Below, one piece after another: positions 32,111 to 43,170 of a DNA stretch of 64,000 bases. Source of the DNA: an uncultured delta proteobacterium. Lineage in GTDB: Bacteria; Desulfobacterota; Desulfomonilia; UBA1062. Within the stretch, counting starts at the first letter, position 1. Each line of letters starts with the position of its first letter. The DNA lies in contig CAWCTR010000018.1 in NCBI GenBank assembly GCA_963798485.1, forward strand, positions 32,573 through 96,572, read 5' to 3'. The position numbers and the translations under genes are program-made. The notes under the pieces were generated by a model. It saw nothing but the letters and a program-made list of their open reading frames with translations, had not been told where the DNA came from and made no database searches.

Positions 32111-32179
32111 ATGTTCCAAAAGACAGCAACCCAGGCTTATTATTACGGCTTTTACTTTAGGAAGGGCGTTTGCCCATAG
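32111..32179 (+). CDS. Tyr/Phe-rich attenuator leader peptide (22 aa)
   Basis: ATG..TAG encodes MFQKTATQAYYYGFYFRKGVCP; 6 of 7 consecutive codons are Tyr/Phe; overlaps mutually exclusive hairpins. Confidence 0.88.
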   Translation: MFQKTATQAYYYGFYFRKGVCP

Positions 32180-32243
32180 GCCTGGTTGCCGGTAATCCCA
32201 ACAGACAAGGTCATGGGCAAAACCCATGGCCTTTTTTTATTTT
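32126..32243 (+). promoter_or_regulatory. Transcription attenuator (anti-antiterminator, antiterminator, terminator)
   Basis: 1:2 = 32126-32140 with 32176-32189; 2:3 = TTTGCCCAT (32169-32177) with ATGGGCAAA (32213-32221); 3:4 = terminator. Confidence 0.85.
32207..32243 (+). terminator. Intrinsic terminator in leader of iorA
   Basis: AAGGTCATGGG-CAAAA-CCCATGGCCTT followed by a T-tract, upstream of the iorA SD. Confidence 0.9.
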
Positions 32244-32264
32244 CAGCCAGGAGAGGGATAACAT

Positions 32265-33992
32265 ATGAAGAAGATCCTCAGCGGCAATGAGGCGGTGGCG
32301 CGGGGTGCGTATGAGGCAGGTATTTCCTTTGCCGCAGCATATCCCGGCACACCCAGCACCGAGATCCTTGAAACCATTGCAAAGGAATACAAAGACATCC
32401 ATTCCGAGTGGGCCCCCAACGAGAAGGTGGCCCTGGAGGTGGCGGTGGGCGCATCGTACGCAGGCGTACGGGCGCTGGCCGTTATGAAGCACGTGGGGGT
32501 GAATGTGGCGGCGGACCCGCTCATGACATTGCCATATACCCTTATACGGGGCGGTATCGTGCTCATCAGCGCGGATGACCCCGAGCTGTTCTCCTCCCAG
32601 AATGAGCAGGACAACCGCCATTATGCCAGGTTTGCAAAAATCGCCATGCTTGAGCCTTCAAGTTCGCAGGAGGCAAAGGATTTCACAAAGGAGGCCTTTA
32701 CGATCAGCGAGGAATTCGGCACACCCGTTATGGTGCGGACCACCACGCGGATCGCGCATTCCATGGGTGTTGTGGATCTATCAGAACCCTTGGTGCGGAA
32801 AACCCCCAGCCTGGAACGGCACCCCGCAGAGTGGGTCATGCTGCCTGCCAATGCCAGGCGCCGCCACCCTGTCATTGAGGAGCGTATGCTTGCCCTGAAG
32901 AAGCTTTCAAACACCACTTCCATGAACTACATGGAGATGGCTGATACCAAGATAGGTATCATCTCTTCGGGGGTGGCGTATCAATATGCCAGGGAAGCAT
33001 TTTCCAATGCCTCCTTCCTGAAGATCGGCATGCCGTACCCGTTCCCGGATAAGTTGGTCAGGGAGTTCGCCGGCAAGGTGAAAGAGTTGTGGGTCGTGGA
33101 AGAACTTGATCCATTCATGGAGGAGCAGGTAAAGGCCTTGGGTATTGCTTGTCACGGCAAGGACCGTATCCCCATGTGCGGAGAGCTGAACCCGGATATC
33201 ATCAAGGCCGCCATCTCAGGCGAGCCTGTGGTAAAGCCCGGCCAACCTGCGCTGCCCGGAAGGCCGCCTTCCATGTGCCCGGGTTGCCCTCACCGCAGCA
33301 TGCTCTGGGCCCTTAGGCGGAATAAAACATTCATAGCAGGCGACATCGGATGCTACACCCTGGGCTTTTTGCCGCCTCTGGACGCCATTGACACGTGTCT
33401 GTGCATGGGCGCAGGCATCAATCATGCCCACGGTATGTCCAAGGTGTTCGGACCGGGCAAGGAAAAGCTCACTGCGGTCATCGGCGATTCCACCTTCTAT
33501 CATTCCGGCATCACGGGGCTTTTAAACCTCGCGTATAACCGGGGCGCGGCATTGATCGTGATTCTGGACAACCGGACGACGGCCATGACCGGCGCACAGA
33601 ACCACCCGGGTACGGGCGTTACCATTGAGGGGCAAAAGAACACCACCATAGACCTTGAAGGCCTGGTGAAGGCCCTTGGTATCGAGTGGGTAAAGACCAT
33701 CAACCCCTATGATGTCAAAGGTGCGCGGCAGACGGTGAAAGAGGCCCTGGCCTCCAGCGGCCCCTCGGTCATCATTTCAAAGGCGCCGTGCGTATTGCTC
33801 AAGACACGCTCCGTGCCGGGCAAACCTTTACGTGTGGACGCCCTGAAGTGCACGGGCTGCAAGGTGTGCCTTTCCCTTGGATGTCCGGCCCTTGAATTCA
33901 AAGACGAGAAGGCGCATATTAACGAGGTTTGTGTGGGTTGTAATGTATGCGCAGACCTCTGCAGCGTAGAAGCCATCGGAGGTGAAAAATGA
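32265..33992 (+). CDS. iorA: Indolepyruvate (arylpyruvate):ferredoxin oxidoreductase alpha subunit
   Basis: GNEAVARG, YPGTPSTE, MKHVG.NVAAD, SSQNEQD, CPGCPHR, GDIGCY, two C-terminal 4Fe-4S motifs. Confidence 0.95.
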   Translation: MKKILSGNEAVARGAYEAGISFAAAYPGTPSTEILETIAKEYKDIHSEWAPNEKVALEVAVGASYAGVRALAVMKHVGVNVAADPLMTLPYTLIRGGIVLISADDPELFSSQNEQDNRHYARFAKIAMLEPSSSQEAKDFTKEAFTISEEFGTPVMVRTTTRIAHSMGVVDLSEPLVRKTPSLERHPAEWVMLPANARRRHPVIEERMLALKKLSNTTSMNYMEMADTKIGIISSGVAYQYAREAFSNASFLKIGMPYPFPDKLVREFAGKVKELWVVEELDPFMEEQVKALGIACHGKDRIPMCGELNPDIIKAAISGEPVVKPGQPALPGRPPSMCPGCPHRSMLWALRRNKTFIAGDIGCYTLGFLPPLDAIDTCLCMGAGINHAHGMSKVFGPGKEKLTAVIGDSTFYHSGITGLLNLAYNRGAALIVILDNRTTAMTGAQNHPGTGVTIEGQKNTTIDLEGLVKALGIEWVKTINPYDVKGARQTVKEALASSGPSVIISKAPCVLLKTRSVPGKPLRVDALKCTGCKVCLSLGCPALEFKDEKAHINEVCVGCNVCADLCSVEAIGGEK

Positions 33993-34558
33993 ACGTGCTC
34001 ATGACTGGTGTCGGAGGGCAGGGCATCATCCTTGCCTCTGATGTACTGACTGAGTTGATGATGCGCCATGGTCTGGATGTGAAGAAATCCGAGATACACG
34101 GCATGGCCCAGCGAGGTGGAAGCGTCATGTCTCATGTGCGTTTTGCCCGGCATGTTTCATCGCCCCTTATCCCCTATGGCTGCTGCGACATCCTGCTGTC
34201 ATTCGAGGAACTGGAGACCGCGCGCTATATGGAGTATATCAAGGCCGATACCATCGTGATCATCAACCGGTTCCGGCTCTCTCCGCCTACGGTCATTGCA
34301 GGAAAGGAATCTTACCCGGACATTGTCCCGGTCCTGAAAGAAAAGGCTCTGAATATCCGGATGGTTGACGGCAGCGCCCTGGCGTCCGAGCTGGGCAACG
34401 CCAGAGGTGTAAACGTTATCCTGCTTGGTGTGCTCTCAATGGTGCTTGAGCCTGCCGAGTCGCTCTGGATAGAGACCCTGACCGATATGCTCCCCGAGAA
34501 GATCAGGGTCCAAAACATTGAAGGCTTCAAACGGGGAAGGCTCTTAAAGGCCCAGTGA
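33989..34558 (+). CDS. iorB: Indolepyruvate oxidoreductase beta subunit
   Basis: GVGGQG, SEIHGMAQRGGSV..HVRF; overlaps iorA stop. Confidence 0.95.
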   Translation: MNVLMTGVGGQGIILASDVLTELMMRHGLDVKKSEIHGMAQRGGSVMSHVRFARHVSSPLIPYGCCDILLSFEELETARYMEYIKADTIVIINRFRLSPPTVIAGKESYPDIVPVLKEKALNIRMVDGSALASELGNARGVNVILLGVLSMVLEPAESLWIETLTDMLPEKIRVQNIEGFKRGRLLKAQ

Positions 34559-34586
34559 ATTATCTTCAGACAGGAGGTTTTAAGGA

Positions 34587-35888
34587 ATGATCTACAATGA
34601 GGAATTCGAGACATTGCCCCGGGAGGTGCTGGACTCTTTGCAGCTGAAACGCCTCAAGAACGTGGTGGAGCGCGTCTATCACACCGTGGGGTTTTACCGG
34701 AAAAAGTTCGATGAGGCCGGCGTTACCCCGGAAGACATCCACTGTCTTGATGATCTGAAGCGTCTTCCCTTCTCCACCAAGCAGGACCTGCGCGACAACT
34801 ATCCTTTCGGGCTTTTCAGCGTGCCCATGAACAACATTGTAAGGCTGCATGCCTCATCCGGCACTACGGGAAAGCCCACAGTCGTCGCCTACACCAAGCG
34901 CGATATCGAGACCTGGGCCGAGCTTATGGCCAGGTCCTTTGCAGCGGCAGGCCTCACGAAAAACGATATCATCCATAATGCCTATGGCTACGGCCTGTTC
35001 ACCGGCGGCCTTGGGGCACACTACGGCGCAGAGAGGCTCGGGGCCAGCGTCATCCCCATGTCGGGCGGCAACACCAAGAAGCAGATCATGATACTGCAGG
35101 ACTTCGGACCTACGGCCATATGTTGCACGCCGTCGTACCTCCTGTTCCTTGCCGAGAAGGGCGAAGAGATGGGCATCGACATGAAGTCGCTGCGGCTCCG
35201 GGTGGGGGTCCTTGGCGCCGAGCCCTGGAGCGAGCGCATGCGCACCGAGATAGAGAGCAGGCTCGACATCACGGCGCTCGACATCTACGGCCTGTCCGAG
35301 ATCATGGGCCCGGGTGTTGCCATGGAGTGTATCGAAGGCCGCAACGGTCTGCATATCTTTGAGGATAACTTCATTGTGGAGGTCATCGACCCGGCAACCG
35401 GCGAGGTCCTTCCCTATGGCCAGCGGGGCGAGATCGTGTTCACCACCCTTACCAAAGAGGCCTTCCCGCTCATCAGGTACCGGACCAAGGACATCTCAAG
35501 GCTCATGCCCGAGGTATGCCGCTGCGGAAGGACCTTTGTTCGCATGGAGCGGGTCTCAGGCCGGAGCGATGACATGTTCATCATCCGGGGGGTGAATGTC
35601 TTCCCGTCCCAGATCGAGAGTGTTATCATGGAGGTCAAAGGTCTAGAGCCTCACTACCAGCTCATCCTGGAGAGGGAAGGGTCTCTGGATACCCTGGAGA
35701 TCCAGGTGGAGGTGAGCGAAAAGATCTTTTCGGATGAGATAAGGCAGCTGCAGAATCTTGAGCGCCGCATTGCCAAAGACATCAAGGATTATATCGGTAT
35801 CTCAGCCAAGGTGAAGCTTGTGGAGCCGAAGTCTCTGCAGCGCTTCGAAGGCAAGGCCCAGCGGGTGATTGACAGGAGAACCATGTGA
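34587..35888 (+). CDS. paaK: Phenylacetate-CoA ligase
   Basis: [59 protein letters not shown]. Confidence 0.95.
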   Translation: MIYNEEFETLPREVLDSLQLKRLKNVVERVYHTVGFYRKKFDEAGVTPEDIHCLDDLKRLPFSTKQDLRDNYPFGLFSVPMNNIVRLHASSGTTGKPTVVAYTKRDIETWAELMARSFAAAGLTKNDIIHNAYGYGLFTGGLGAHYGAERLGASVIPMSGGNTKKQIMILQDFGPTAICCTPSYLLFLAEKGEEMGIDMKSLRLRVGVLGAEPWSERMRTEIESRLDITALDIYGLSEIMGPGVAMECIEGRNGLHIFEDNFIVEVIDPATGEVLPYGQRGEIVFTTLTKEAFPLIRYRTKDISRLMPEVCRCGRTFVRMERVSGRSDDMFIIRGVNVFPSQIESVIMEVKGLEPHYQLILEREGSLDTLEIQVEVSEKIFSDEIRQLQNLERRIAKDIKDYIGISAKVKLVEPKSLQRFEGKAQRVIDRRTM

Positions 35889-35902
35889 GGGGAGGTCAGA
35901 GT

Positions 35903-36334
35903 ATGAAGGTGGAACAAATATCGATCTTTTTGGAAAATAAACCCGGCGGTCTCTCGGGCGTAACAAAGGTGCTCAAGGATTCCAGCATCAATATCCGGGC
36001 CCTCTCGCTGGCGGACACGAGCGATTTCGGTATCTTAAGGCTTATCGTGGACGATGTGACCAAGGCCAAGAAGGTGCTCAACGAGAACGGCTTCGCCGTT
36101 GGCCGCACCCATGTGCTGGCCGTAGAGGTCCCGGACAGGCCGGGGGGGCTTCACAGCATCCTCGAGCTTCTCACCAGGGAGGGCATCAATGTCGAATACA
36201 TGTATGCCTTTGTAGAGCGCAGCGGCGAGAACGCGGTAATCATCTTCCGGTTCGACAACATCGACCAGGCCATCGAAGTTCTTCTGAAAGGCGGCTTCAC
36301 CGTGTTGAAGGGAGAGCAGGTCTACAACCTCTAA
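35903..36334 (+). CDS. Tandem ACT-domain protein
   Basis: [42 protein letters not shown]. Confidence 0.92.
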   Translation: MKVEQISIFLENKPGGLSGVTKVLKDSSINIRALSLADTSDFGILRLIVDDVTKAKKVLNENGFAVGRTHVLAVEVPDRPGGLHSILELLTREGINVEYMYAFVERSGENAVIIFRFDNIDQAIEVLLKGGFTVLKGEQVYNL

Positions 36335-36407
36335 TAAATAAATAAGAACACCCATAACTTTTATGGGGGTCTTACTATAACTTTGCAGTAAAAGAAGGAG
36401 GAAAAAG

Positions 36408-37526
36408 ATGAAGAAGCTTTTAATGGTGTGGGCACTGTGCCTGTGTGTTCTCTGCATGGGTATCTCCGGGGCAAAGGCAGATGACATCAAGATCGGGGCC
36501 ATCCTGCGTCTTTCCATCGGTGCATCCGACGGCATACCGGCAAAGCGCGGCATTGAGATCGCGGTCAAAGAGATCAATGCAGCAGGCGGCATCAAGGGAA
36601 AACCCCTTGCAGTCATCTACGAGGACTCCAAAGATTCAGCCCAGGCCTCTGTGAGTGCATTCCAGAAGCTCACCTCCATGGACAAGGTCCAGGTTATCAT
36701 CGGCCCAATGATGAGCGGTGAGGCCTTGGCTGTAGCGCCTATTGCCAAGACGGATGGTATCGTTGTCATCACCCCGACCGCTACATCGCCGAAGGTCTCG
36801 GGCTCGGGCCTCTACCGCGGCTGTACCAGGATCGACAAACAGGCCGAGGCCCTGACAAAATACGCGAAAGACGTATTGAAGACGACAAAGGTCGCCATCC
36901 TGTACAGCAACGAGCCCTATGGCAAGGGATGCAACGAGGTATTCACCAAGTTCTTCACAGATGTGGGCATCCCTGTTGTGATCGCCGAGAGCTTCATGGT
37001 CGGCGACCGCGACTTTTCCGCCCAGCTCACCAAGATCAAGCAGAGCCAGTTTGACCTCATATTCATCCCCGGTTACCTCCAGGAGACTGCTCCCGCCATC
37101 TCCCAGGCCCGCAAGCTCGGCATAAAGGCTGTTTCCATGGGTGTGTACGGCGACATGGCACCGAAGTACATCGAGCTTGCAGGCAAGGCTGCACAGGGGC
37201 ATGTGAACGGGAGCGAATACAACGAGGCGTACAACACGCCTACCAACAAGAAGTTCAAGGCCGAATACTACAAGATCATCAAGGACAACCCGTCTGAGAC
37301 AAACAACATCATGTTCGCCGCCATCACCTATGACATGACGAAGATGGTTGCCATGGCCATTGCCGAGAAAGGGTATACCCCTGAAGGCATCAAGGGCTAC
37401 CTGGACACCGTGAAGGACTTTGACGGCGTGACCGGGAAGCTCAGCTTCGACAAGAACGGCGATGTGGTGAAGCAGGGCGTGTATCTGTTCAAGGTGAAGA
37501 ACGGGAAATATGTAAAGGCCCAGTGA
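36408..37526 (+). CDS. HAAT-family ABC substrate-binding protein (LivK-like)
   Basis: Signal peptide, A..EINAAGGI.G, DFSAQLTKIK, F.GVTG..FD.NGD. Confidence 0.9.
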   Translation: MKKLLMVWALCLCVLCMGISGAKADDIKIGAILRLSIGASDGIPAKRGIEIAVKEINAAGGIKGKPLAVIYEDSKDSAQASVSAFQKLTSMDKVQVIIGPMMSGEALAVAPIAKTDGIVVITPTATSPKVSGSGLYRGCTRIDKQAEALTKYAKDVLKTTKVAILYSNEPYGKGCNEVFTKFFTDVGIPVVIAESFMVGDRDFSAQLTKIKQSQFDLIFIPGYLQETAPAISQARKLGIKAVSMGVYGDMAPKYIELAGKAAQGHVNGSEYNEAYNTPTNKKFKAEYYKIIKDNPSETNNIMFAAITYDMTKMVAMAIAEKGYTPEGIKGYLDTVKDFDGVTGKLSFDKNGDVVKQGVYLFKVKNGKYVKAQ

Positions 37527-37527
37527 T

Positions 37528-38388
37528 GTGCTGATCCAGCAGCTTGTGAACGGCCTTGTGGTGGGCAGCGTGTATGCGCTGATCGCCCTTGGCTACACCA
37601 TGATTTACGGCATCCTGGGCATCATCAATTTCGCCCAGGGTGAGATATACATGTACGGCGCCTTCGGCGCCGTACTTACTTTAGCTGCAACCGGAGAGCT
37701 GGGTCTGGCGGTACTCGTAGGTATCGGTACGGCGTGCCTGGTGGGTTTACTCCTGGAGCGCATCGCATTCAGGCCGTTGCGCGGCATGCACCCCCTGATA
37801 CCGCTGATCAGCGCCATCGGTGCATCCATATTGTTGAGCTCCCTTGCCAGGCTCCTCTTCGGCCCTGATGACCGGTCCTTCCCCATAGAGTTCCACCCGG
37901 TAAGCTACATCATTCTCGGCGCTGCCGAGATTACCGGTCTGCAACTCATCATCATGGGGGTCTCCTTCAGCCTCATGGTGATCCTGTCGCTCTTCATCAA
38001 CATGACCAAACACGGCAAGGCCATCATGGCCGTTGCCATGGACTCGGATGCGGCACGCCTTTCGGGCATCAACGTGAACAATGCCTATGTGATCACCTTT
38101 CTCTTGGGCTCCGCCTTGAGCGGGGTAGCCGGTATCCTCATGGCGGTCTACTACAATGCCACCTCTTTCAGCATGGGGGTGCTGCCAGGGCTCAAGGCCT
38201 TTTCGGCAGCGATTTTGGGCGGGGTAGGGTCCATCCCCGGGGCCATCGTGGGAGGGCTCGTCCTGGGCATTGCCGAGAACCTCGGGGCTGCGTACATTTC
38301 GTCGAACTTCAAGGATGCCTTTGCCTTTATCGCACTTGTGCTCGTGCTCGTTATCAGGCCGCGCGGCATCATGGGGTCGAGAAAATGA
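37528..38388 (+). CDS. livH: HAAT ABC permease (LivH-like)
   Basis: GSVYALIALGYTMIYG...INFAQG, AAILGGVGSIPGA, RPRG. Confidence 0.9.
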   Translation: MLIQQLVNGLVVGSVYALIALGYTMIYGILGIINFAQGEIYMYGAFGAVLTLAATGELGLAVLVGIGTACLVGLLLERIAFRPLRGMHPLIPLISAIGASILLSSLARLLFGPDDRSFPIEFHPVSYIILGAAEITGLQLIIMGVSFSLMVILSLFINMTKHGKAIMAVAMDSDAARLSGINVNNAYVITFLLGSALSGVAGILMAVYYNATSFSMGVLPGLKAFSAAILGGVGSIPGAIVGGLVLGIAENLGAAYISSNFKDAFAFIALVLVLVIRPRGIMGSRK

Positions 38389-39250
38389 GCATATACATCC
38401 TCCATGTCCTCATCATGGTCACGATCTATGCGATCCTCGCATTAAGCCTGAATATCATCGTAGGCTTTGCCGGGCTTGTGTCACTGGGGCATGCGGCATT
38501 CTTCGGCATAGGCGCATACGTAAGCGGCCTTCTCATGTTAAAGGGACTCGGCTTTGTGAGCGCGTTTTTTCTCACAGGAATTATCACCTCCGTTCTGGGT
38601 CTTTGCCTTGCCCTGCCGGCGCTGCGGGTAAAGGACGACTACCTGGCCATTGTCACCCTAGGGTTCGGTATCATCACCACCCTGGTCTTCATGAACCTCG
38701 ATATCACGGGCGGGCCTGACGGCCTGGTTGGGATACCACCCGTGACTTTGTGGGGCAAGCCGGTCTACTCCAAGTGGGCATTCTTAAGCCTTACAACGGC
38801 CATCCTTACCGTAATGGTCCTTTCGGCATACACGCTGAAGCAATCCAAGATCGGCAGGGCCTGGGCCGCCATCAGGGATAACGATGTCGTGGCCATGTTC
38901 ATGGGCATCAACACCTCATATTACAAGGTGCTGGCCTTCATCACCAGCTCCTTCTGGGCCGGCCTTGCAGGAAGCCTGTATGCCCATTACACGGCCTATA
39001 TCAACCCGCAGACGTTCGGCATGCATACCTCCATCATGATCCTTTCCATGGTGGTCCTAGGCGGCATCGGGAGCATTCCCGGATCGCTCCTGGGGGCTAC
39101 TCTGATTATTCTGTTGCCTGAAATCCTGAGGCCGCTTGCCGACTACCAGGACATCTTCTACGGGGCTCTCCTCGTATTCATGATGGTCTTCAGGCCCCAG
39201 GGCATCATGGGCAGGGTAAAGATCACGGAGATGTTCGGGAGGAAGAAATA

Positions 39251-39251
<1 letters not shown>
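38385..39251 (+). CDS. livM: HAAT ABC permease (LivM-like)
   Basis: SLGHAAFFGIGAY, YLAIVTLGF, TGGPDG, GRAW.AIRDN. Confidence 0.9.
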
Positions 39252-39975
<724 letters not shown>

Positions 39976-39979
<4 letters not shown>

Positions 39980-40740
39980 TTTTGAAGGCGGTAGCGCTCT
40001 CCAAGAGTTTCATGGGCATCCATGCATTGAGTGATGTGTCCCTTGATGTGGTGAAGGGGGAGATCTTAGGCGTCATCGGTCCCAATGGGGCGGGCAAGAC
40101 CACGTTGTTCAACGTGCTCACCGGGCTTTTTGATGCGGATACCGGGCGCATAGAGCTGGGCGGCAGGGCCATCACAAGGCTCATGCCCCACCGCCGGGTC
40201 AGGCTCGGCATGGCCAGGACCTTCCAGAACCTTGAGATATTCCGTGATATGAGCGTGCTGGAAAATGTCATGGTGGGGGGGCATACGAGGCTCAAGGCAG
40301 GCTACTGGCAAAGCATGCTGGGCACGTGGGGCAAGCGGAAAGAAGAGAAGGCGCTCAGGGATGAATCGCTTGCGCTCCTTGACCGGCTCGGCATAGGAGA
40401 GTCGGCCCATGAAGCCGCAGTGAGCCTGTCCTACGGCAATCAGCGCAGGGTGGAGATCGCCAGGGCCTTAGCCGCCAGACCGGCCATCATATTCCTGGAT
40501 GAGCCTGCGGCCGGCATGAATCCCAAGGAGACCCGGGAACTCTCCGAGCTCATCGTGAGGCTCAAAGGCGAGCTGGAACTTACTGTCGTAATCATCGAGC
40601 ATGACATGAACCTCATCATGGACATCTGCGACCGCATTGTGGTGATGACCGAAGGGAGGGTGCTCTGTTCGGGCGTTCCGAGCGACATCCGGAAAGACCC
40701 CAGGGTCTTGGAAGCCTATCTGGGAGGGGAGATATTATGA
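39976..40740 (+). CDS. livG: HAAT ABC ATPase (LivG-like)
   Basis: GPNGAGKTT, ARTFQN, LSYGNQRR.EIARAL, DEPAAGMN, IEHDM. Confidence 0.9.
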
Positions 40741-42018
40741 TGCATGAAACACTCTACGAGACGATGCCGCGCAGCGAACTGGAGGTCTTTCAGCTCGAAC
40801 GCCTCCAGTCCACACTGAACAGGGCGTATCTGAACGTCGCCCACTACCGCAGGGCCCTCGATGGCGCGGGCATCCTGCCTGATGATGTGAGGTCGCTCTC
40901 CGACATCAAGAACCTGCCCTTTACCACCAGGGCCGATATCGAGAAGGGCTACCCCTACGATATGTTCGCCGTGCCGCTGCGTGAGGTGGTGCGCATCCAC
41001 ACCTCTTCCGGCCAGGCGCGCAAGCCCATTGTCACCGGGTATACGGCAGGCGATCTGAAGGCATGGGCCAGGCTCATGGCCAGGTTCCTGGTGGGGGCGG
41101 GCATTTCCAAGGACGACGTGATCCAGATCGCCTTCCGCTACGGCCTCATGACCGGCGGGTTCGGCTTCCACGCCGCAGCCGAGCTTATCGGCGCATCCGT
41201 CATCCCTGCCGACATCGGCAATACCGCAGAGCAGGTCATGATCATGCACGACTACCTCACCTCCATCATCGCCTGTACCCCCGGTTATGCCCTTATCCTG
41301 CTGGACAGGATCAACCAGATGAACATCAACCCCAGGACACTGCGCCTCAGGCGGGCGATTTTAGGAGCCGACCGGTTGAGCCCGATGGTGCGCTCGAAGA
41401 TCGAGCAGGGCCTCGGCGTGGAGGTGTTCAACAGCTATGGCTCCAGCGTGGTCATGGGGCCGGGCATAGCGGGTGAGTGCGGCGCGCATGACGGGCATGC
41501 ACGTGTATGAGGACTTCTTCATTGCCGAGGTCGTGGACCCCGCTACCGCAACGGTGCTGGGCCCGGGCGAAAAAGGCGAGCTCGTGATAACGACCCTCAT
41601 GCGCGAGGCCTTCCCCCTGATCCGCTACCGCACGGGCGACATCACCATGATAAAACAAGGTGTATGCCCCTGCGGCAGGACCCACATGAGGCTCGAAGAC
41701 TTTTACGGCAGGCTGGATGATACCATCAAGATCAAGGGTGTCAGCGTATCTCCCGAGCGGATCCTCCAGATTCTCAAGGCCGAAGGGGTGGAGGCCAGAA
41801 GCCAGGTACGCATATACCGGGAAGGCCCCTTCGAGCGCGCCGATGTCCTGCTTGAGGTGGGAGAGAAGCTGTTCTTCGATGAAATGAGGGCCCAGAAGTC
41901 CTTTATGGAAAAGCTCGAAAAGGCGCTCCATACGGGTACCAGCGTGCGTATAGGCGTGAGGATCGTCCCTTCTTCGGCATTCAAAGGCAAGGCCATGGTG
42001 GTGGATGAACGGGAGTAG
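40737..42018 (+). pseudogene. Second phenylacetate-CoA ligase paralog, split by a +1 frameshift (pseudogene or assembly error)
   Basis: ORFs 40737-41510 and 41473-42018 join into a full PaaK homolog (…GECGAHDG|MHVYED…) if one G of GGG at 41493-41495 is removed. Confidence 0.85.
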
Positions 42019-42035
42019 CGTTCTTCAAAATAGGG

Positions 42036-42063
42036 TGTCATCCTGAGCATAGCGAAGGATCTC
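42036..42063. repeat. REP-like short palindrome
   Basis: TGTCATCCTGAGCATAGCGAAGGATCTC resembles the widespread GTCATCCTGAGCGNAGCGAAGGATCT extragenic repeat; lies right after the operon. Confidence 0.6.
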
Positions 42064-42109
42064 ATAAGTCAATTTATAGTTTGGACAACAACACATAAGG
42101 AGGTGACAG

Positions 42110-42673
42110 ATGGGTCCTGACGAAAATACCGTCCCTGGAGAAGCCCCTGTCCCAAAGGCCAGGATACTCAGGCAGGATTATAAAGACATACAGGGCAAAG
42201 AGGCCGGTTTGAGTGTGTTATCCCGCCTGTGCCTTGTGGCCGGTATAGTGGGTGTCCTTTTCTGCATCATCGCGGGCCTTGCCATGGGCAGGCTCTCCCT
42301 GCTGGCAGCAGGGATGGCCCTTTTGATCACGGGCCTTATCCTCTTCGTCATCTTCGGCGCGCTGTCAGAGATCATTAGACTGCTGAAGGCCGCGAACGGT
42401 CTGCCTTACACCGGCACCATTTCCGGCAGCGGCACCGGGACCATCTATGTCTGCTCGGACTGCGGAAGCCTCAACTACCCTGACATAGCCAAGTGCAGGA
42501 AGTGCGGGGCGGAGTTTGAACGGCAAGGGCCGGAAGGGCAAACGAAAGGAGCCAAGAAGACAGAAGCCAGAAGACAGATCGTTATCCAGAATACTCTGAC
42601 ATGCCGAATTGTGTTTATGGCTCATGCAACTCATGGTATAGCGTTATCTAAAGAAGTCATATGGAGGTTTTGA
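42110..42673 (+). CDS. Hypothetical membrane protein with zinc-ribbon
   Basis: AGGAGG SD, two TM helices, CSDC...CRKC. Confidence 0.75.
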   Translation: MGPDENTVPGEAPVPKARILRQDYKDIQGKEAGLSVLSRLCLVAGIVGVLFCIIAGLAMGRLSLLAAGMALLITGLILFVIFGALSEIIRLLKAANGLPYTGTISGSGTGTIYVCSDCGSLNYPDIAKCRKCGAEFERQGPEGQTKGAKKTEARRQIVIQNTLTCRIVFMAHATHGIALSKEVIWRF

Positions 42674-42943
42674 TGAGTTCGAATGAAGAACTGAAAGAAC
42701 AATAAAGACGCTGTGTATTACTTCAAGTGCGAGAAGTGCAAGAGCGATATCTTCTGGTCTGACATACGTCCCTCCGTGCACCGGGCCGCGAGGGTATTCA
42801 AGTGGGTAAGGGCAGGCTGTCCCAACGAGGGTTGCGATCACTACCTGACATTGAGTGACCCGGAGAAGATCTATGAACGGCTTGAGGCCCAGGGGATTTA
42901 TAATGAAATGATTGCCAAGGGCGTAAAGGCCTATTGGGTCTGA
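42673..42943 (+). CDS. Small zinc-finger protein, probable +1 frameshift near the start
   Basis: CEKC...CPNEGC in ORF 42713-42943; GGAGGT SD and ATG at 42673 join this frame if one A at ~42694-42696 is removed. Confidence 0.6.
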
Positions 42944-43170
42944 GACCTCGACGAGGTGAGCAATGCATAATGGATTGTGTTCAATCTTGTAGGTTGTCTT
43001 CCTTCTCTCACGTTCTGTAAACATTAGCAAAACCGGGGGTCAACCTAAAAGAAATTGGAAATGAAAGAGAAGTATCAGATGGGAGAAAAGTATAACGGTT
43101 GTGTGAAACAACTAATCATAGTCTGCTTAACGCCCGCCCATTCATATTGCCTATGGAAGAAATCATTTAG

